This document shows, piece by piece, positions 7,993-23,200 of a stretch of DNA of 64,000 nt. A program made the translations under genes and the position numbers. The notes beneath the pieces were generated by a model that was not told the origin of the DNA, did no database searches, and saw only the letters and a program-made list of their open reading frames with translations. The stretch lies in IMG/VR virus record IMGVR_UViG_2675903538_000004, one strand, 5' to 3'. This DNA is from a virus. Taxonomy: Duplodnaviria > Heunggongvirae > Uroviricota > Caudoviricetes. Position 1 is the first letter of the stretch, and every line of letters starts with the position of its first letter.

Positions 7993-10980
7993 ATGAGCTT
8001 AAGCGATCAGGTGGTAATGGCCACCAGCATAGAAACGCTGATCGAGCTGCTAAAGAACCTGCCCGATTATGGGCGGGTTTCGTATGTGGTGACAGCGAAG
8101 GGAGACGAGGTAAAAACAGCGTTTGATATCGTCGATGCCTCAGCTCTTTTGGTATCCAATACTCTGGATGGGAAAATTAATCCTGACTATCCCCAGGAAC
8201 TTCAGCCGCGCGACCGGACCCGCGCATCCAGCCTTCTTCAGGTTAACCAGATATCCAAAGATTTGCGGCCAGCTCAGCTTACTGATTCCGGTTTATCCAG
8301 CCATGGTGCGCCAATAATTGGTGAGGACAATGCCGTTGAGTCAGGTAATGGGCGGACCATGGGGATCATTAAAGCCTATCAGGACGGTAATGCGGATCGG
8401 TATCGGGAGTACCTGATTGAACATGCGACCGAATTCGGCATACGGCCTGAAAAGGTTGAATCAATGACGGCTCCGGTACTGGTGCGCCGCCGGTTAACGA
8501 AGGTTGACCGTGTTCAGTTTGCCAAGGACTCAAATATTTCTGATCTCCAGGAAATGGCAGCCAGTGAAAAGGCTTTTGTTGATGCCGACAGCATAACACC
8601 GGCGATGATGGCGTTGTTTAACCCGTCAGAAAGTGGAGATCTGCTTAGCCGCAGTAATGACGCGTTTATTCGCGGATTTATGACGCAAGTTGGTGCCACA
8701 CAGGCGGCTGGCCTTGTAACTGAAGATGGGCGACCAACACGGCAACTTGTAGACCGTATACAAAACGCGATCTTTGCCAAGGCATATAAGGATGCGCGCC
8801 TGGTAAGGATGGTTGCAGAAGAACCTGATCCGGATATGCGTAATGTTCTGACGGCGCTTAATGCGGCAGCCAATGATTTTGTCCAGATGCAGGCTTTATC
8901 AGGAGAAGCGCACAAGCAGGCTGTGACAACTATTGTTGATGGCATTGAGACAGCGGATAGCCTCGATAAAAAGGCGCTGGCGGCATTGAAAGATGCGGTA
9001 GACCTGGTAAGGCAATCGAAGGAGTCAGGCCAGCATATTACCGATGTTATTGCTCAGGGGGATATGTTCAGCGAAACGGCCCCGGAAGTGAAAGCACTCG
9101 CGTTGTTCATCGTCGCGAATAACCGTAGCGCGAAGCGTATGGCCACCGCCTTTAAGTTGATGGCTCAACGTATCAATGATGAGTTACAGCACCAGGGCCA
9201 GGCGCTGGGGGATATGTTTGGCGGCGGCGATGTGTCGTTACAGGATATCCTTCGCCAGGTGTCTCAGGAACTGGAAAACGAAGGCATGCAAGGGATATCC
9301 GGCGGTCTTTTCGAGTCCGTTTCCGGCGGTAGTTACAACGGTGTTGCTCCGTATACCAGTTTGCTATTACATCGGGCATCCGGCATCAAAGACATTATTC
9401 ATCTGATCAGGCTGCTTTCCCGCACAGATCCCCAGGATGAACAGCTTGTACAAGTGCTTGCGCATTTTGTTCGAATGCCTGTTGCCGACGTGAAAAAATG
9501 GTGCCGATTATTCGGTATCAGCAATTCGTTACTTCGCGGCTTGTTAAATCACGCATCCTCCCTTGGGCGCGATGGCTTTGACGAGATAGCGCAGGCGATA
9601 AAAAACGGAGATATGCCACCAGCTATTGACTGGTTTTCCATTCGCCCAACCAGGGTGAAAGCATTCCTTAGCGCGGCGCATTCGGCATCACCATTGGCAG
9701 AAATGGTTCAGAGGTTGTCGCTCATATTCACAGACCATACCGCGTTGGTTGATCTGACTCTGGACGAGATGAAAGAAGCCTCCATTCAGTGGGCCGATCG
9801 ACAAAATGAGGTTAACTCAGACTTCTTGCCAGCATTCAGGAAGGCCGTTAGTAAAGCGGATGATGCCCGTGGAATTCTGAAGGCATTTAAGGCATTGCAA
9901 AGTCGTGTTAATAAACATGTCGGTGATATCGATGGGGTAACGGCGGAAGGCCGGGATATTCTTAAAGAGCACGGCATAACGCCAGAGTTTATTGATGAGA
10001 TCAGGACTGATATGCAGCGTGAGGTCGTATCGTCCCTGCAAATCGTAGCCAGAGCGTTGGCGGATGCTAATCCGAAGAGTGCGGCCATTGTTAACCGGGT
10101 TATTGGTGATATTGAAGCATCGGAGGGCATGGGGGCGCTGAAACTCTTCCTTTCGCGAGCGTTTAATCCTAACGGCAATATTCTCCCTGGCATTATTGGT
10201 GAGGCTAAAAAGTATGTCAGTGAAGAAGAACTTGAGCAGCTTGACCAACTACTTAAGCGATTCTCATATAACCCGCAGATACGCTGGCAAATGAATCAGC
10301 GAAGTATGGGTTCGGTCCACGAGAAAGTGTTATCTGCCATGAACAGTGCGATCGCAAACTCATCCGTATCTGAAGAAAAAGCTCTTGAGTGGGCCGACTC
10401 TTTTATCACAGAAGAAGTGGAAGAAGTCCGCGCTGGACAGAATGGTGGGATAGACCTGCGCAAGGAACTTGCTGATATTTATCGCCTGACCGGCGGGAAA
10501 ATATCGACCTTATCAAAGGTAGTTCACCACCAGGGAAGGGCATATGCAAATCTTAATGGTGTTGTTGCTGTCAATTTGAACGATGAAAATGCAAGTGCAC
10601 TGTGGCACGAGCTGGGTCATCATCTTGAGTACAGTAACCCTGGTTTGTTAGAGAAAGCCCGGTCATTCCTGAAGTCCAATGTTGAAGGGGATAAGCCATC
10701 TTTCGTCAATATCGGTGGGCGTGGCAAGCCTGAATGGTGCTTCAGATCTCGATTGAGTAATATTTATATGGCGAAGGTATACCCGCCAGCCTCAGTAAGT
10801 AACACCGGGAAAATTCGGCAGAAATCACCGACTATTTCCAAAACGTCAGCAACGGAAGTATTCTCTATGGCTCTTCAGTTGTATCATGACAAAGAGGCCG
10901 CTGCCGCATCACTGATGAATGGTGACGGATTGCTGGAACTGTTATTAGGTGTGGCAAAGGAGCTAAATAATGCAGATTAA
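7993..10980 (+). CDS. ddrB: DdrB-like large Dar-operon protein
   Basis: 995 aa downstream of darA/ddrA; size matches P1 DdrB (from memory). Confidence 0.6.
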   Translation: MSLSDQVVMATSIETLIELLKNLPDYGRVSYVVTAKGDEVKTAFDIVDASALLVSNTLDGKINPDYPQELQPRDRTRASSLLQVNQISKDLRPAQLTDSGLSSHGAPIIGEDNAVESGNGRTMGIIKAYQDGNADRYREYLIEHATEFGIRPEKVESMTAPVLVRRRLTKVDRVQFAKDSNISDLQEMAASEKAFVDADSITPAMMALFNPSESGDLLSRSNDAFIRGFMTQVGATQAAGLVTEDGRPTRQLVDRIQNAIFAKAYKDARLVRMVAEEPDPDMRNVLTALNAAANDFVQMQALSGEAHKQAVTTIVDGIETADSLDKKALAALKDAVDLVRQSKESGQHITDVIAQGDMFSETAPEVKALALFIVANNRSAKRMATAFKLMAQRINDELQHQGQALGDMFGGGDVSLQDILRQVSQELENEGMQGISGGLFESVSGGSYNGVAPYTSLLLHRASGIKDIIHLIRLLSRTDPQDEQLVQVLAHFVRMPVADVKKWCRLFGISNSLLRGLLNHASSLGRDGFDEIAQAIKNGDMPPAIDWFSIRPTRVKAFLSAAHSASPLAEMVQRLSLIFTDHTALVDLTLDEMKEASIQWADRQNEVNSDFLPAFRKAVSKADDARGILKAFKALQSRVNKHVGDIDGVTAEGRDILKEHGITPEFIDEIRTDMQREVVSSLQIVARALADANPKSAAIVNRVIGDIEASEGMGALKLFLSRAFNPNGNILPGIIGEAKKYVSEEELEQLDQLLKRFSYNPQIRWQMNQRSMGSVHEKVLSAMNSAIANSSVSEEKALEWADSFITEEVEEVRAGQNGGIDLRKELADIYRLTGGKISTLSKVVHHQGRAYANLNGVVAVNLNDENASALWHELGHHLEYSNPGLLEKARSFLKSNVEGDKPSFVNIGGRGKPEWCFRSRLSNIYMAKVYPPASVSNTGKIRQKSPTISKTSATEVFSMALQLYHDKEAAAASLMNGDGLLELLLGVAKELNNAD

Positions 10981-11278
10981 AATCGCAGCGCCATTAGGTG
11001 GAGATGCCATTATCGAATTTGATGATAATGAAGAAGTTTCCGGGCGTTTAAGCATTATCTCCGGTGACATTACCGAGGACATGATCGCTGAAGCCATAGC
11101 TGGGGCAAATCCCAATAGCTATATGGGATTCGTTAACACCCTTGATGCTCCCGCAAGTGATGTTCTCCGAACGCTGCATCTTTACGCTGGCTGGTTTGTT
11201 GATTGGCCAGCAGTAGATGGTGGCGATGAGGACGACGACGATGATTTTGGTGATCATGTAGACCAGATCGTATATTGA
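10970..11278 (+). CDS. small acidic protein, last gene of dar operon
   Basis: 102 aa, overlaps ddrB stop, followed by terminator. Confidence 0.5.
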   Translation: MQIKIAAPLGGDAIIEFDDNEEVSGRLSIISGDITEDMIAEAIAGANPNSYMGFVNTLDAPASDVLRTLHLYAGWFVDWPAVDGGDEDDDDDFGDHVDQIVY

Positions 11279-11283
11279 AGAAA

Positions 11284-11309
11284 TCCCGCCACTCGGCGGG
11301 ATTTTTTTT
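11284..11309. terminator. bidirectional rho-independent terminator
   Basis: TCCCGCC-ACTC-GGCGGGA hairpin followed by T8; sits between convergent genes. Confidence 0.65.
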
Positions 11310-12090
11310 AATCGCTTTCCACTTCTTCCGTGGTGTTTTCTTGCAGTTCTGTTAATGCAGCACGACATAGGTTCCGGGCATTGGCTATAGCCACACTTTT
11401 GACTTCATCCGTCATCGTGCAGGTAATGTACTGATCGAGTTCTTCAGCGCGGATGATGCTTTTGCCAATCAGAAACTGTATTTGCCAGAGCAGATCGGCA
11501 TCCATAATCAGAATTTCTGCCGGGCCTTCAGGGCCAGCCGGGAAGGAAACATAAGACTGTTTGCCCAGGCCGACAACTCGACAACTTGCTTCAAGAATTG
11601 CGCGCTTGAGGTCTGACTTTATAACGGAAACAGGTTGATTTTCACCAGTGATTACGCCGTTGACATGGAAAGGCATGTAGCTTGAAATACGCTCCACTTT
11701 CCACACGCCAGCAAGCGATCCTTCATGCAGCACAATGGGGGTAACCGCGAGTTTCATCTCACCATATAGCTGCTGGCAGATAGCTGGATTGCTGAATACA
11801 TCTAAAGGCTCACATTCAAACAGCGGCGCAATCTGCATGAGGTCCATCATGGTCATCCCTGGGGTACGAGCAGTAATGAATCTGCGCATACCAGTATCCA
11901 TTGCGCTCCAGATTGCTACACCATGCTTTTTGCTCACTTCTTCAGTAAAGCCAAGGTGGCACATGATGGTTTTTTCGATAGCCAGATCAGAGATCGAAAC
12001 CTTTTCGCCAGGCACACCATCATTATTGATGGTCACTTCGACACTCTGACCATTACGCAGGCGGTATTGAATTGCTTTAGTATTTTCCAC
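11308..12090 (-). CDS. hypothetical protein
   Basis: 260-aa ORF, no recognised domain. Confidence 0.55.
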   Translation of the reverse strand: MENTKAIQYRLRNGQSVEVTINNDGVPGEKVSISDLAIEKTIMCHLGFTEEVSKKHGVAIWSAMDTGMRRFITARTPGMTMMDLMQIAPLFECEPLDVFSNPAICQQLYGEMKLAVTPIVLHEGSLAGVWKVERISSYMPFHVNGVITGENQPVSVIKSDLKRAILEASCRVVGLGKQSYVSFPAGPEGPAEILIMDADLLWQIQFLIGKSIIRAEELDQYITCTMTDEVKSVAIANARNLCRAALTELQENTTEEVESD

Positions 12091-12096
12091 GTTAAA

Positions 12097-12774
12097 TCAC
12101 TCCACTACAAACCAGTCACATGCCAGTAAGTCGCCTACAGAAGGAACCCACGGAACAACTACACCTTGTGCATTTTTTAAGGCGAAATAAGCACCATACG
12201 GAACGAGGTCGCCGGGGAAATATCCCTTAATGGCTTCCATTCGTGCCGGGTACTGTCCTTCAGGAACCAGCCAGCAGAATTGGTTTTCGCCGTTCCACCC
12301 GCGTCGAGCAACTTTCTTGCCATCCTTCAGCCACATCAGCGCGTCAGAAAAGTCGGCTGCTTCAAGGTCGATTTCTTCTTGTGTGGTAATGATGCCACTG
12401 GCAGCAATAGTTACGTCCCTGGCTGTAATGAATGTCACCCCATTGTGACCTTCAATACTGAGCGATACCCCATTTTCGAAGAAGTCGTTAGTCCGACTAA
12501 AGCCTTCTTCAAATGTTTTTTCTGGTGAATAGGACAGAGATCCGTCCTCATAAGCGACCAGATATCCGCCAATTTCTGGTCGGTGTTTTTGCAAAAACAT
12601 TTTATCAACATGGACTTTTACCCCTTCTGGCTCAACGACTTCGATGTTGCAAAAAAGGACCACATCCATTAGGGCGATAATTTCGATATCTTTGATTTTT
12701 GAGGCGCGAACTGTTTTATGGCTTTTGTATTTTGGAAGTGCCGTCAAAAGCTCTTTCGTTGTCATGTTATTCAT
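12097..12774 (-). CDS. DUF2829 (Tad2-like) C-terminal domain fused to an unknown N-terminal domain
   Basis: C terminus ALMWLKDGKKVARRGWNGENQFCWLVPEG..YFALKNAQGVVVPWVPSVGDLLACDWFVVE fits the DUF2829 pattern; ATG at 12774 (MNNMTTKELL) preceded by GAGGAAAG; track start 12942 probably too long. Confidence 0.6.
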   Translation of the reverse strand: MNNMTTKELLTALPKYKSHKTVRASKIKDIEIIALMDVVLFCNIEVVEPEGVKVHVDKMFLQKHRPEIGGYLVAYEDGSLSYSPEKTFEEGFSRTNDFFENGVSLSIEGHNGVTFITARDVTIAASGIITTQEEIDLEAADFSDALMWLKDGKKVARRGWNGENQFCWLVPEGQYPARMEAIKGYFPGDLVPYGAYFALKNAQGVVVPWVPSVGDLLACDWFVVE

Positions 12775-12971
12775 AGTCTTTCCTCTGCTTAAAACCTGAT
12801 GTATTGCGCCTTCAGGTGGGGCAGGAATGTTTTCCCACCAGCGAAAGCAATATCTCGGGGTGTTCTTTTCGTGAAAAGCGCGTGCCATTGCCAACTTTGG
12901 CGTTTGTTTGCGAGTTCGTGCTTTTGTCGGCGTCTGGACCACCGCTTTTCTTTCAGTCGTTTTTTACACAT

Positions 12972-13460
12972 TCAAAACGGAATATCGTCGTCAAAGTCCA
13001 TTGGAGGTTCGTTATTGGCGTTGCTCTGAGGTTTACCGCCACCACTGTATTGCTGGTGGTTTTGAGGTTGGTTTGATTGCCCCCAGCCATTTGAGGACTG
13101 TGAATCGTCACGGCGAGCGCCGATCATTTGCATGGTGCCGCCCTGGCTGACGATAATTTCCGTCGTGTAACGTTCTACACCGGCGTCATCTGTCCACTTA
13201 CGGGTTTTAAGTTTCCCTTCGATGTAGACCTGAGAACCTTTTCGTAAATACTCACTCGCAATTTCAGCAAGTTTTCCGAACAAAACGACTTTATGCCATT
13301 CTGTTTGCTCTTTCTGTTGGCCCGTTTGCTTGTCCCGCCATGATTCATTCGTTGCGATGCTGAGTCTTCCGACCGCGCCGCCATTTGGTATATACCTGAT
13401 CTCCGGGTCTTGCCCCAGGGTACCAATCAGGATGACTTTGTTTACACCGCGTTGTGCCAC
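12972..13460 (-). CDS. ssb: single-stranded DNA-binding protein
   Basis: [25 protein letters not shown] fold..Gly/Gln-rich tail ending DFDDDIPF. Confidence 0.95.
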   Translation of the reverse strand: MAQRGVNKVILIGTLGQDPEIRYIPNGGAVGRLSIATNESWRDKQTGQQKEQTEWHKVVLFGKLAEIASEYLRKGSQVYIEGKLKTRKWTDDAGVERYTTEIIVSQGGTMQMIGARRDDSQSSNGWGQSNQPQNHQQYSGGGKPQSNANNEPPMDFDDDIPF

Positions 13461-13479
13461 TTATCTTACCTAATAAAAT

Positions 13480-13496
13480 AAATTAATTAGAGCAAT
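13480..13496. promoter_or_regulatory. C1 operator-like site (reverse orientation)
   Basis: AAATTAATTAGAGCAAT, 1 mismatch to reverse complement of P1 operator consensus ATTGCTCTAATAAATTT (from memory). Confidence 0.5.
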
Positions 13497-13630
13497 AATG
13501 TATATCTTTGAAACGTAGCTAACAAGTGATTTGCATTATCCTGTGCCTTCTAAAGGGATCGAGTCAGTCGGTATTGGCTGTGAATGGGTGTTTGTCCTGG
13601 AGCGTAAAAAATTCGCTTATGAGGTCTTTA

Positions 13631-14187
13631 TGAAGGGAAAAACAGCCGCAGGAGGCGGTGCAATTTGCGCTATCGCGGTGATGATTACCATCGTGATGGG
13701 TAATGGCAATGTGCGAACCAACCAGGCGGGGCTTGAGCTGATTGGTAACGCTGAAGGTTGCCGACGTGATCCATACATGTGCCCGGCAGGGGTATGGACT
13801 GACGGGATCGGTAATACACACGGGGTAACGCCGGGTGTGCGAAAAACAGACCAGCAAATCGCCGCTGATTGGGAAAAGAATATCCTGATCGCTGAACGCT
13901 GTATTAATCAGCACTTCCGGGGCAAAGACATGCCCGATAATGCCTTCAGTGCAATGACAAGCGCGGCATTCAATATGGGATGCAATAGCTTACGGACCTA
14001 CTACAGCAAAGCGCGAGGCATGCGAGTAGAAACGTCCATCCACAAGTGGGCGCAGAAAGGGGAATGGGTGAATATGTGTAACCATCTCCCTGATTTCGTG
14101 AACAGTAACGGCGTGCCCCTGCGAGGTTTAAAGATTCGCCGTGAAAAAGAACGCCAGCTTTGCCTGACGGGACTGGTCAATGAATAA
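13631..14187 (+). CDS. lyz: SAR endolysin (T4-lysozyme fold)
   Basis: MKGKTAAGGGAICAIAVMITIVMG signal-anchor then EGCRRDPYMCPAGVWTDGIGNTHG (Glu..Asp..Thr lysozyme catalytic motif); ATG 13631 after GAGG; 185 aa. Confidence 0.9.
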
Positions 14188-14447
14188 ACTCCGGCAGCTC
14201 CGCCGACTTTCGACAATGAAGTTATCGTTGGCGGCGATAGTTTTCGACTCGATTTTCATGGCGGTATATGTGCTCAATGAGACGTGGCCACTGGAACCGC
14301 TATTGTATGCCGGGCTTCGGCTGTGCCTGACATTTTTGAGCATGGCTGCAAGATTGATGCAGCAGAAAGAAACCGCTTCAGATTGTCCACGCCGCGCGGT
14401 GCGCAAATATATGGCACGCAGGCGAAGGCGATAATAGTTAACGAGAA

Positions 14448-14475
14448 CCCCGGCAGCCGCCGGGGTTATTTTTGG
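14448..14475. terminator. rho-independent terminator
   Basis: CCCCGGC-AGCC-GCCGGGG hairpin followed by TTATTTTT. Confidence 0.6.
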
Positions 14476-14478
14476 TGG

Positions 14479-17209
<2,731 letters not shown>

Positions 17210-17275
17210 TTAATTAGAATAATTCGCATCGTGTTTGAACGGAATTTAACACTAGTCACTTGTTAAGGATTACCA

Positions 17276-20200
17276 ATGAACAAGCTATCTATGGGGGTGT
17301 TTCGCTGTTCAAGTGTCAGCGAAATATTGAAATACATTAGGGCAATAACATCTCACCGAGCGCCGATTAGATACGGCGTGGAAAAGGTGGAAGGCAAAAG
17401 CTATGACCGACTACGCCGGGAGGCGAATCAGAAGGCGATAGATTTGCTTAATTCGCTGGTGGACGGCGCGACACTGACAGATGAACAGCGCCAGATCCTG
17501 GCTGGGTACACCGGTGAAGGCGGCATTGGCGGGTCCGTCTCCGAATATTACACACCAAAGCCGATCGCTGAAGGTGTCTGGGAGATCATGAAGCTCTACG
17601 GCGCGGACGTAGGTAACACTCTGGAACCATCGGCGGGAACCGGCGTTTTTAATGAGACAAAACCGGTTGGTACGGTGATGACCGCGACTGAGATCAGCAG
17701 TGTTTCCGGTCGTATAAACCAGTTGTTACACCCGGAAGACAGCGTACAGATTTCCCCGTTCGAACAGCTGGCTATAAGCACGCCTAACGATTCATTCGAC
17801 CATGTTGTGGGTAACGTTCCGTTCGGCGGTCGTGATAACACACGCAACATCGATAAGCCTTACGCAGAAGAAACGGACATGGGTTCTTACTTCATGCTCC
17901 GCATGCTGGACAAGATAAAGCCAGGCGGATTCATGTGCGTGATTGTGCCGCCGTCCATTGTTTCAGGTTCAAACATGAAGCGGTTACGCCTGCGCCTATC
18001 ACGGAAAGCTGAATTTCTTGGTGCCCACCGCTTGCCTACCGGTACTTTTGACGCAAACGGGACCAGTACAGTCGTTGATGTGGTGCTGATGCGCAAACAT
18101 CCGGCAGAGATGGCTGAGAAAATCCCCCTGGTGGATGAAAGCACTCTTGAATCGGCAAATGTGCTTTGGCCAACGTTTATTTCTGGCAAGTGGTTTGAAA
18201 AGGATGGCCGCCGGTTTGTTCATGGCACCCAGGAAAAGGGCTTCCAGGGGCGTATTGAGGTTCGTGCCGACGGTCAGATTGATAACCAGGCTCTTAAAGC
18301 GAAGCTGATTCATCGTTTCGAAAGCCGTATCGACTGGTCTTTGCTCGATATGGCTGAACCGTCACTGACCGCAGACGTTGTTGGTGAAGGGGAAATGCGC
18401 CTGATTAATGGCGTATGGCAAAAATATGCTGGTGGTCGCTGGATTGAAGCTGATGCCGGGAAGGAACTTAAAATTGATGCTGCCAGTTATGGCGCGGATA
18501 GCTGGGAGGCTCTTCAGCGTAACCTGACTACAACAGAAGGCCGTCTCGGTATGACATTTACCCAGATGGCAAATGTCCGCGATAAGTACACCACATCAAT
18601 CAGCGACGATATGGTGCAGCTGGTGGACTGGATTAACAGCCAGCCTGAAAAATACCGTGAACGCTTGTATCGTGGGGCGATGATTGGCCGGATGTTAATT
18701 GAATATCAGGATATGAAGGCCGCCGGGCATAGTGCTGAACAAATCGAACAGCAGCGCCTTTCTCTGGTATCCCGTTTGCAGGCAGAGATTGACCGTTTTG
18801 GTAACCCTGGTCGCGGTCCGATAGCTAAATTATCGGGAAGCGGTGCGCGCGCCTGGTTTGCTTTCCGTGGTGCAATTAAGCTGGATGGCACTATTTCTGA
18901 CGAGCTGACAGGAAAGCTGGTTACGCATGATTCCAGCGCCAGTTATGACTCCACCAGCTATCAGGACACCCTGCGTTATCTCTATAGCGATCTTACCCGC
19001 GATCCAATCCAGCTCGATGATTTCCGCCTTGCGTTTACCGGCGAATTGCCAGCCAGTGATGAAGAGTTGCTTAATTTATTGGCCAGCACTCCTGGTATTG
19101 CGGTTTCACCGTATGGCGGGATTGTTCCGTTCGCCCGCGCCACCAGCGGCGACATTAACGAGATAGTGGCTCCAAAACAGGAATTCCTCGCCACGCTCCC
19201 CGACGGTCCAGTAAAGAACAACGTCCTTAATCAGCTGGCAGCGATCGAAGAGAAGCGCATCAAGACGCCAGCAGAGAATATCCGGTTTAAGCTCAATAGC
19301 CGTTGGTTCGACCGTTCCGTCATTCTGGAGTTTTTGCAGGAAAACGGCTATCCGGATCTGCGCTATGTGCAGTCAGTGCAGCTGGAAGGCGACGAAATGG
19401 TTTCTGACACCTATCACGGTGGTGATGGCCTGTTCGTCGGGCACCGATACGGTGTCGTCCAGCGCAAGGATAAAGAAACAGGCGAGATCCGCTACGAGTG
19501 GGACCGTAAATCAGGTGAAAACGCGACCGGGTTCCCGGCACAGCTGGAAAAGTATCTCAATGGTGCGCGTATCGGTGGCAAAGATAGCGCGACGGCGAAC
19601 GGCTACCGCGAGCAGATGGCACTGCTTGAGGACCAGTTCAATAAGTGGATCAAGACGCACGATCGCTACGATGAACTGGTTGCCAAATACAACGATGTGT
19701 TCAATAGCAATATCCCGTATGAACACTCTGGCGATCCGCTTGGGTTGAAGGGATTAAGCGGTAAGCGCCAGCCATTTGATTACCAGAATAGCGAAGTGCG
19801 CCGACTGTCCGAAGATGGGCGCGGCATCCTGGGCTTCGGCACCGGGCTGGGTAAAACTACGACCGCGCTGGCGCTTGAGGCGTTCAACTATGAGAACGGT
19901 CGCTCCACCCGTACTGCGTATGTAGTGCCTAAATCAGTGCTGGAAAACTGGTATTACGAAGCAAAAGAATTCCTGAGTGAAGAGGCATTCAGTAACTACC
20001 TGTTCGTCGGTCTTGATGTGCTGATGGATGGCGATCAGATTCGCCAGGTGCCGGTGCTCGATGAGAACGGTAAACCTGTTCTTGGTACTGATGGCACTCC
20101 AGTTATGCGCGATGCCCTAAAACTGGCAGATGAAGCCACTATCACGGCGCGGATGAACGCGATCCCGCACTCAAATTACCGTGCAGTCGTGTTTACCAAA

Positions 20201-23200
20201 GAACAATACGCCCGCATTCCGCTACGTGATGACACCGTAGATGAGCATGCACAGGATATGCTTTATGACTTCGTTGCAGCCGGGCGCGTAGCCAGCGCAA
20301 TGGACTCCGACTCCCACCGCAAAGAGGCCGCGCGTCGCCGGGTATTGTCGGAGTATTCAGATACCGGCACCGAAAAAGCAGAGAAGTATCCGTACTTTGA
20401 GGATATGGGCTTCGATAGTGTGATCGCCGACGAAGGTCACAACTACCGCAATAGCTATAAAAATGGTCGCGAAGCGTCACAACTGGCCTATCTGCCCACC
20501 AGCGCGGTGGCGCAATCGGCGCGAGATATGGCAATTAAAAACGCGTACCTGATGAAAAAGAATGGCGGGCGCGGGCCGGTTCTCCTGACTGCAACGCCAG
20601 TCGTTAACACCCCGATCGATGCATACAACATGCTTTCTCATGTTCTGCCGAAGGAATACTGGCAGAACATGGGGATCTACGGTCCTGATGACTTCGTTAA
20701 ATTCTTCGGCAAGACCAGGCTGGAAACGGTACAGAAAATTAGCGGTGAAGTTGAAGAAAAAATGGCGCTGGTGGGCTTTGAAAACCTTGATGCGCTGCGC
20801 GGTATATTCCATCGCTGGGTAACGCTTAAAACGGCGGAAGACGTTAAGGATACCGTGGAGATCCCGGAGCTGGACGAACACCAGCAGGATGCACCACTTA
20901 CTGAAGAACAACTGGCGGCGTATGAAGAATTGCGTCAGCAGGCGGAAGCGGCGGCCAAAGCCAACAATGGCGTAACGACCTCGGTCAATGAAGACGGCGT
21001 GATTGAGCACGAGAAAGCCCGTCCGATCTTCTCAATAATCAGGGATATGGACCGCGTATGTACTGACATGGACCTGTACTATCGCCGGATCACCTATCGT
21101 TTCCTGCCGGAGTACGCCGATGCGGTGCAGCAGCTGGCGGACAGTTTGCCTAAACAAGCCACCAGCGAAGACGACGACAGTGATGATTCAATCACGCAGC
21201 AATCGCAATACTCCCTGATAGATAAGGGCGAGTTTATTCAGTTGCAGGTTCCGGAAGCGTTCGAGCAGGAAGTGAATAAGCGCCTGGCCAGGTTTGGCAT
21301 TGACGAACAGACCGTAACTCACCCCGTTACGCCGAAATACGCGAAGCTGATCGCCACGCTGAAGGAGTTTTTCCCGGAAGGTAAGCAAATCATCTTCACC
21401 GATGAAAAAACGCAGCACCAGAAGCTCAAGCGCATTATCTGCAATGCTCTAAACCTTGAACCTTCAAAGGTGGGGATCCTGAATGCTCAGACGGTTGCCG
21501 AGGCAGGTAAAACCGGTAAGAAACTGAAAGCGGTTAAACCGCCGAAAGAGCTACCGGATGAACCAACAGATGCACAGATAGCGAAATACAACGAGCAAAT
21601 GGCTCTGTATGACGCCTATATCGCGCAGCAAAATGAAATGTCGTTGGGCGGTCTGGAAAAGATTGCAGCCGACTTCCAGGAGGGCCGGACTCCGATCATC
21701 ATCTGCAACAAAAAGGCAGAGGTGGGTATCAACCTGCATCGAGGAACGACTGACATCCATCATCTGACGTTGCCATGGACACCAGCCAGCATCGCACAAC
21801 GTAACGGTCGCGGTGCACGAGTTGGCTCCAACCGTGCAAGCGTTCGCGTTCACTACTACTGCGGCAAGGGGTCTTTCGATGAATACCGACTGAAGACGCT
21901 GAAGCGTAAAGCAGGCTGGATCTCCGATATCCTCCGTTCAGATAAGTCAGAAATGGAGAACGCCGACGCCAATGACATGATCGAAATGCAGATGTATACC
22001 GCGAAGGATGACGGCGAACGTCTGGCAATGATGCAGGTTCAAATGGATAAGGCGAAAGCTGCGAAACGCGCTCGCCAGAAAGAACAGGCTACTATCGACC
22101 TTCAGAACTACATCAAGGCGCAGCACGCAGCTGGTGAGGATGTGGAGGTACTTACCGCTGAATTGGAGCGAAGCAAAGCGGAACTTGAAAAGACCACCGC
22201 CGAGGTAGCTAAATTCAAACAGGCGGTAATGGCCAAAGCAGCTGATAACGCAGACTGGAAAGCCCGCTGGGGTAGCGTCCATCACACAGACCGTATGTTG
22301 TTAGCACAGTATCGCGCGTCGTTGAAAAGCGCCATTCAGCGCAAGGCTAATATCTCTCAGGCCATCTCCCGCTATGAGAAATTATTGAACCGTACTCAGA
22401 AGGCCGCGACGGATATCAAACGCCTGCGCCCGCTGGTGGAGGATGCAATAAATAAAGGCATTCTGGATGTTGATCCTGATCTGGTTAACCATGCGAATGA
22501 GTTCCTTGTTATCGGCGATCGCTCATGGCGTGTAGGCCAATACTATGATTGTGCCGGTGATATCGTTCGCATTAAGTCGCTGGACTTCGACAGCCAGCGC
22601 GCAGACGTGGAGATCATCTTTACCTTCAAAGGCACCAAATCGGGTAACTGGGATGTGAAGACGCTGGATAAACAGGTTGATGTAACTCCCGATGAAGATG
22701 CTGTTATGCAGAAAATCAGTGGTGGCGTCTCCATCGCCGGGATTAACGACATCATTTCCTGTGACGATTTCTACCGTTTCCAGCAGCGCGGCATGATCAA
22801 AATCACTGACTCATACGGCGTTCAGACTACAGAGTCAGGCTATAGCATCGATTTTGTTGGTACCTATACGGACCCACTGAAGCATGCGGTTTACCCGGAT
22901 CGCCGTGACGGCGCGCTGAAGTCGTCAATTGCAAAATGGGTGCTTGGTATGATGTCGGAAGGGAATAACCGCCAGATCCGTTCGGCAGAAACATTCCTGG
23001 TTGAACTGTTTGGCTCCAATTATGGCGATGTAATCGCGTCATACGGAGATACGCTATCCCCTGAAGCAATTCAGGAGAAAATAGCGGATGCGATCGCCAG
23101 AATGCCGGAAAAAACAAGCCAGGGGGCTACTCGTAACGGGGATTCTGAACTTGAAGTCACCAATGCCATTTTCGGTACCAATGAGTTCCGGGCGTCAGAT

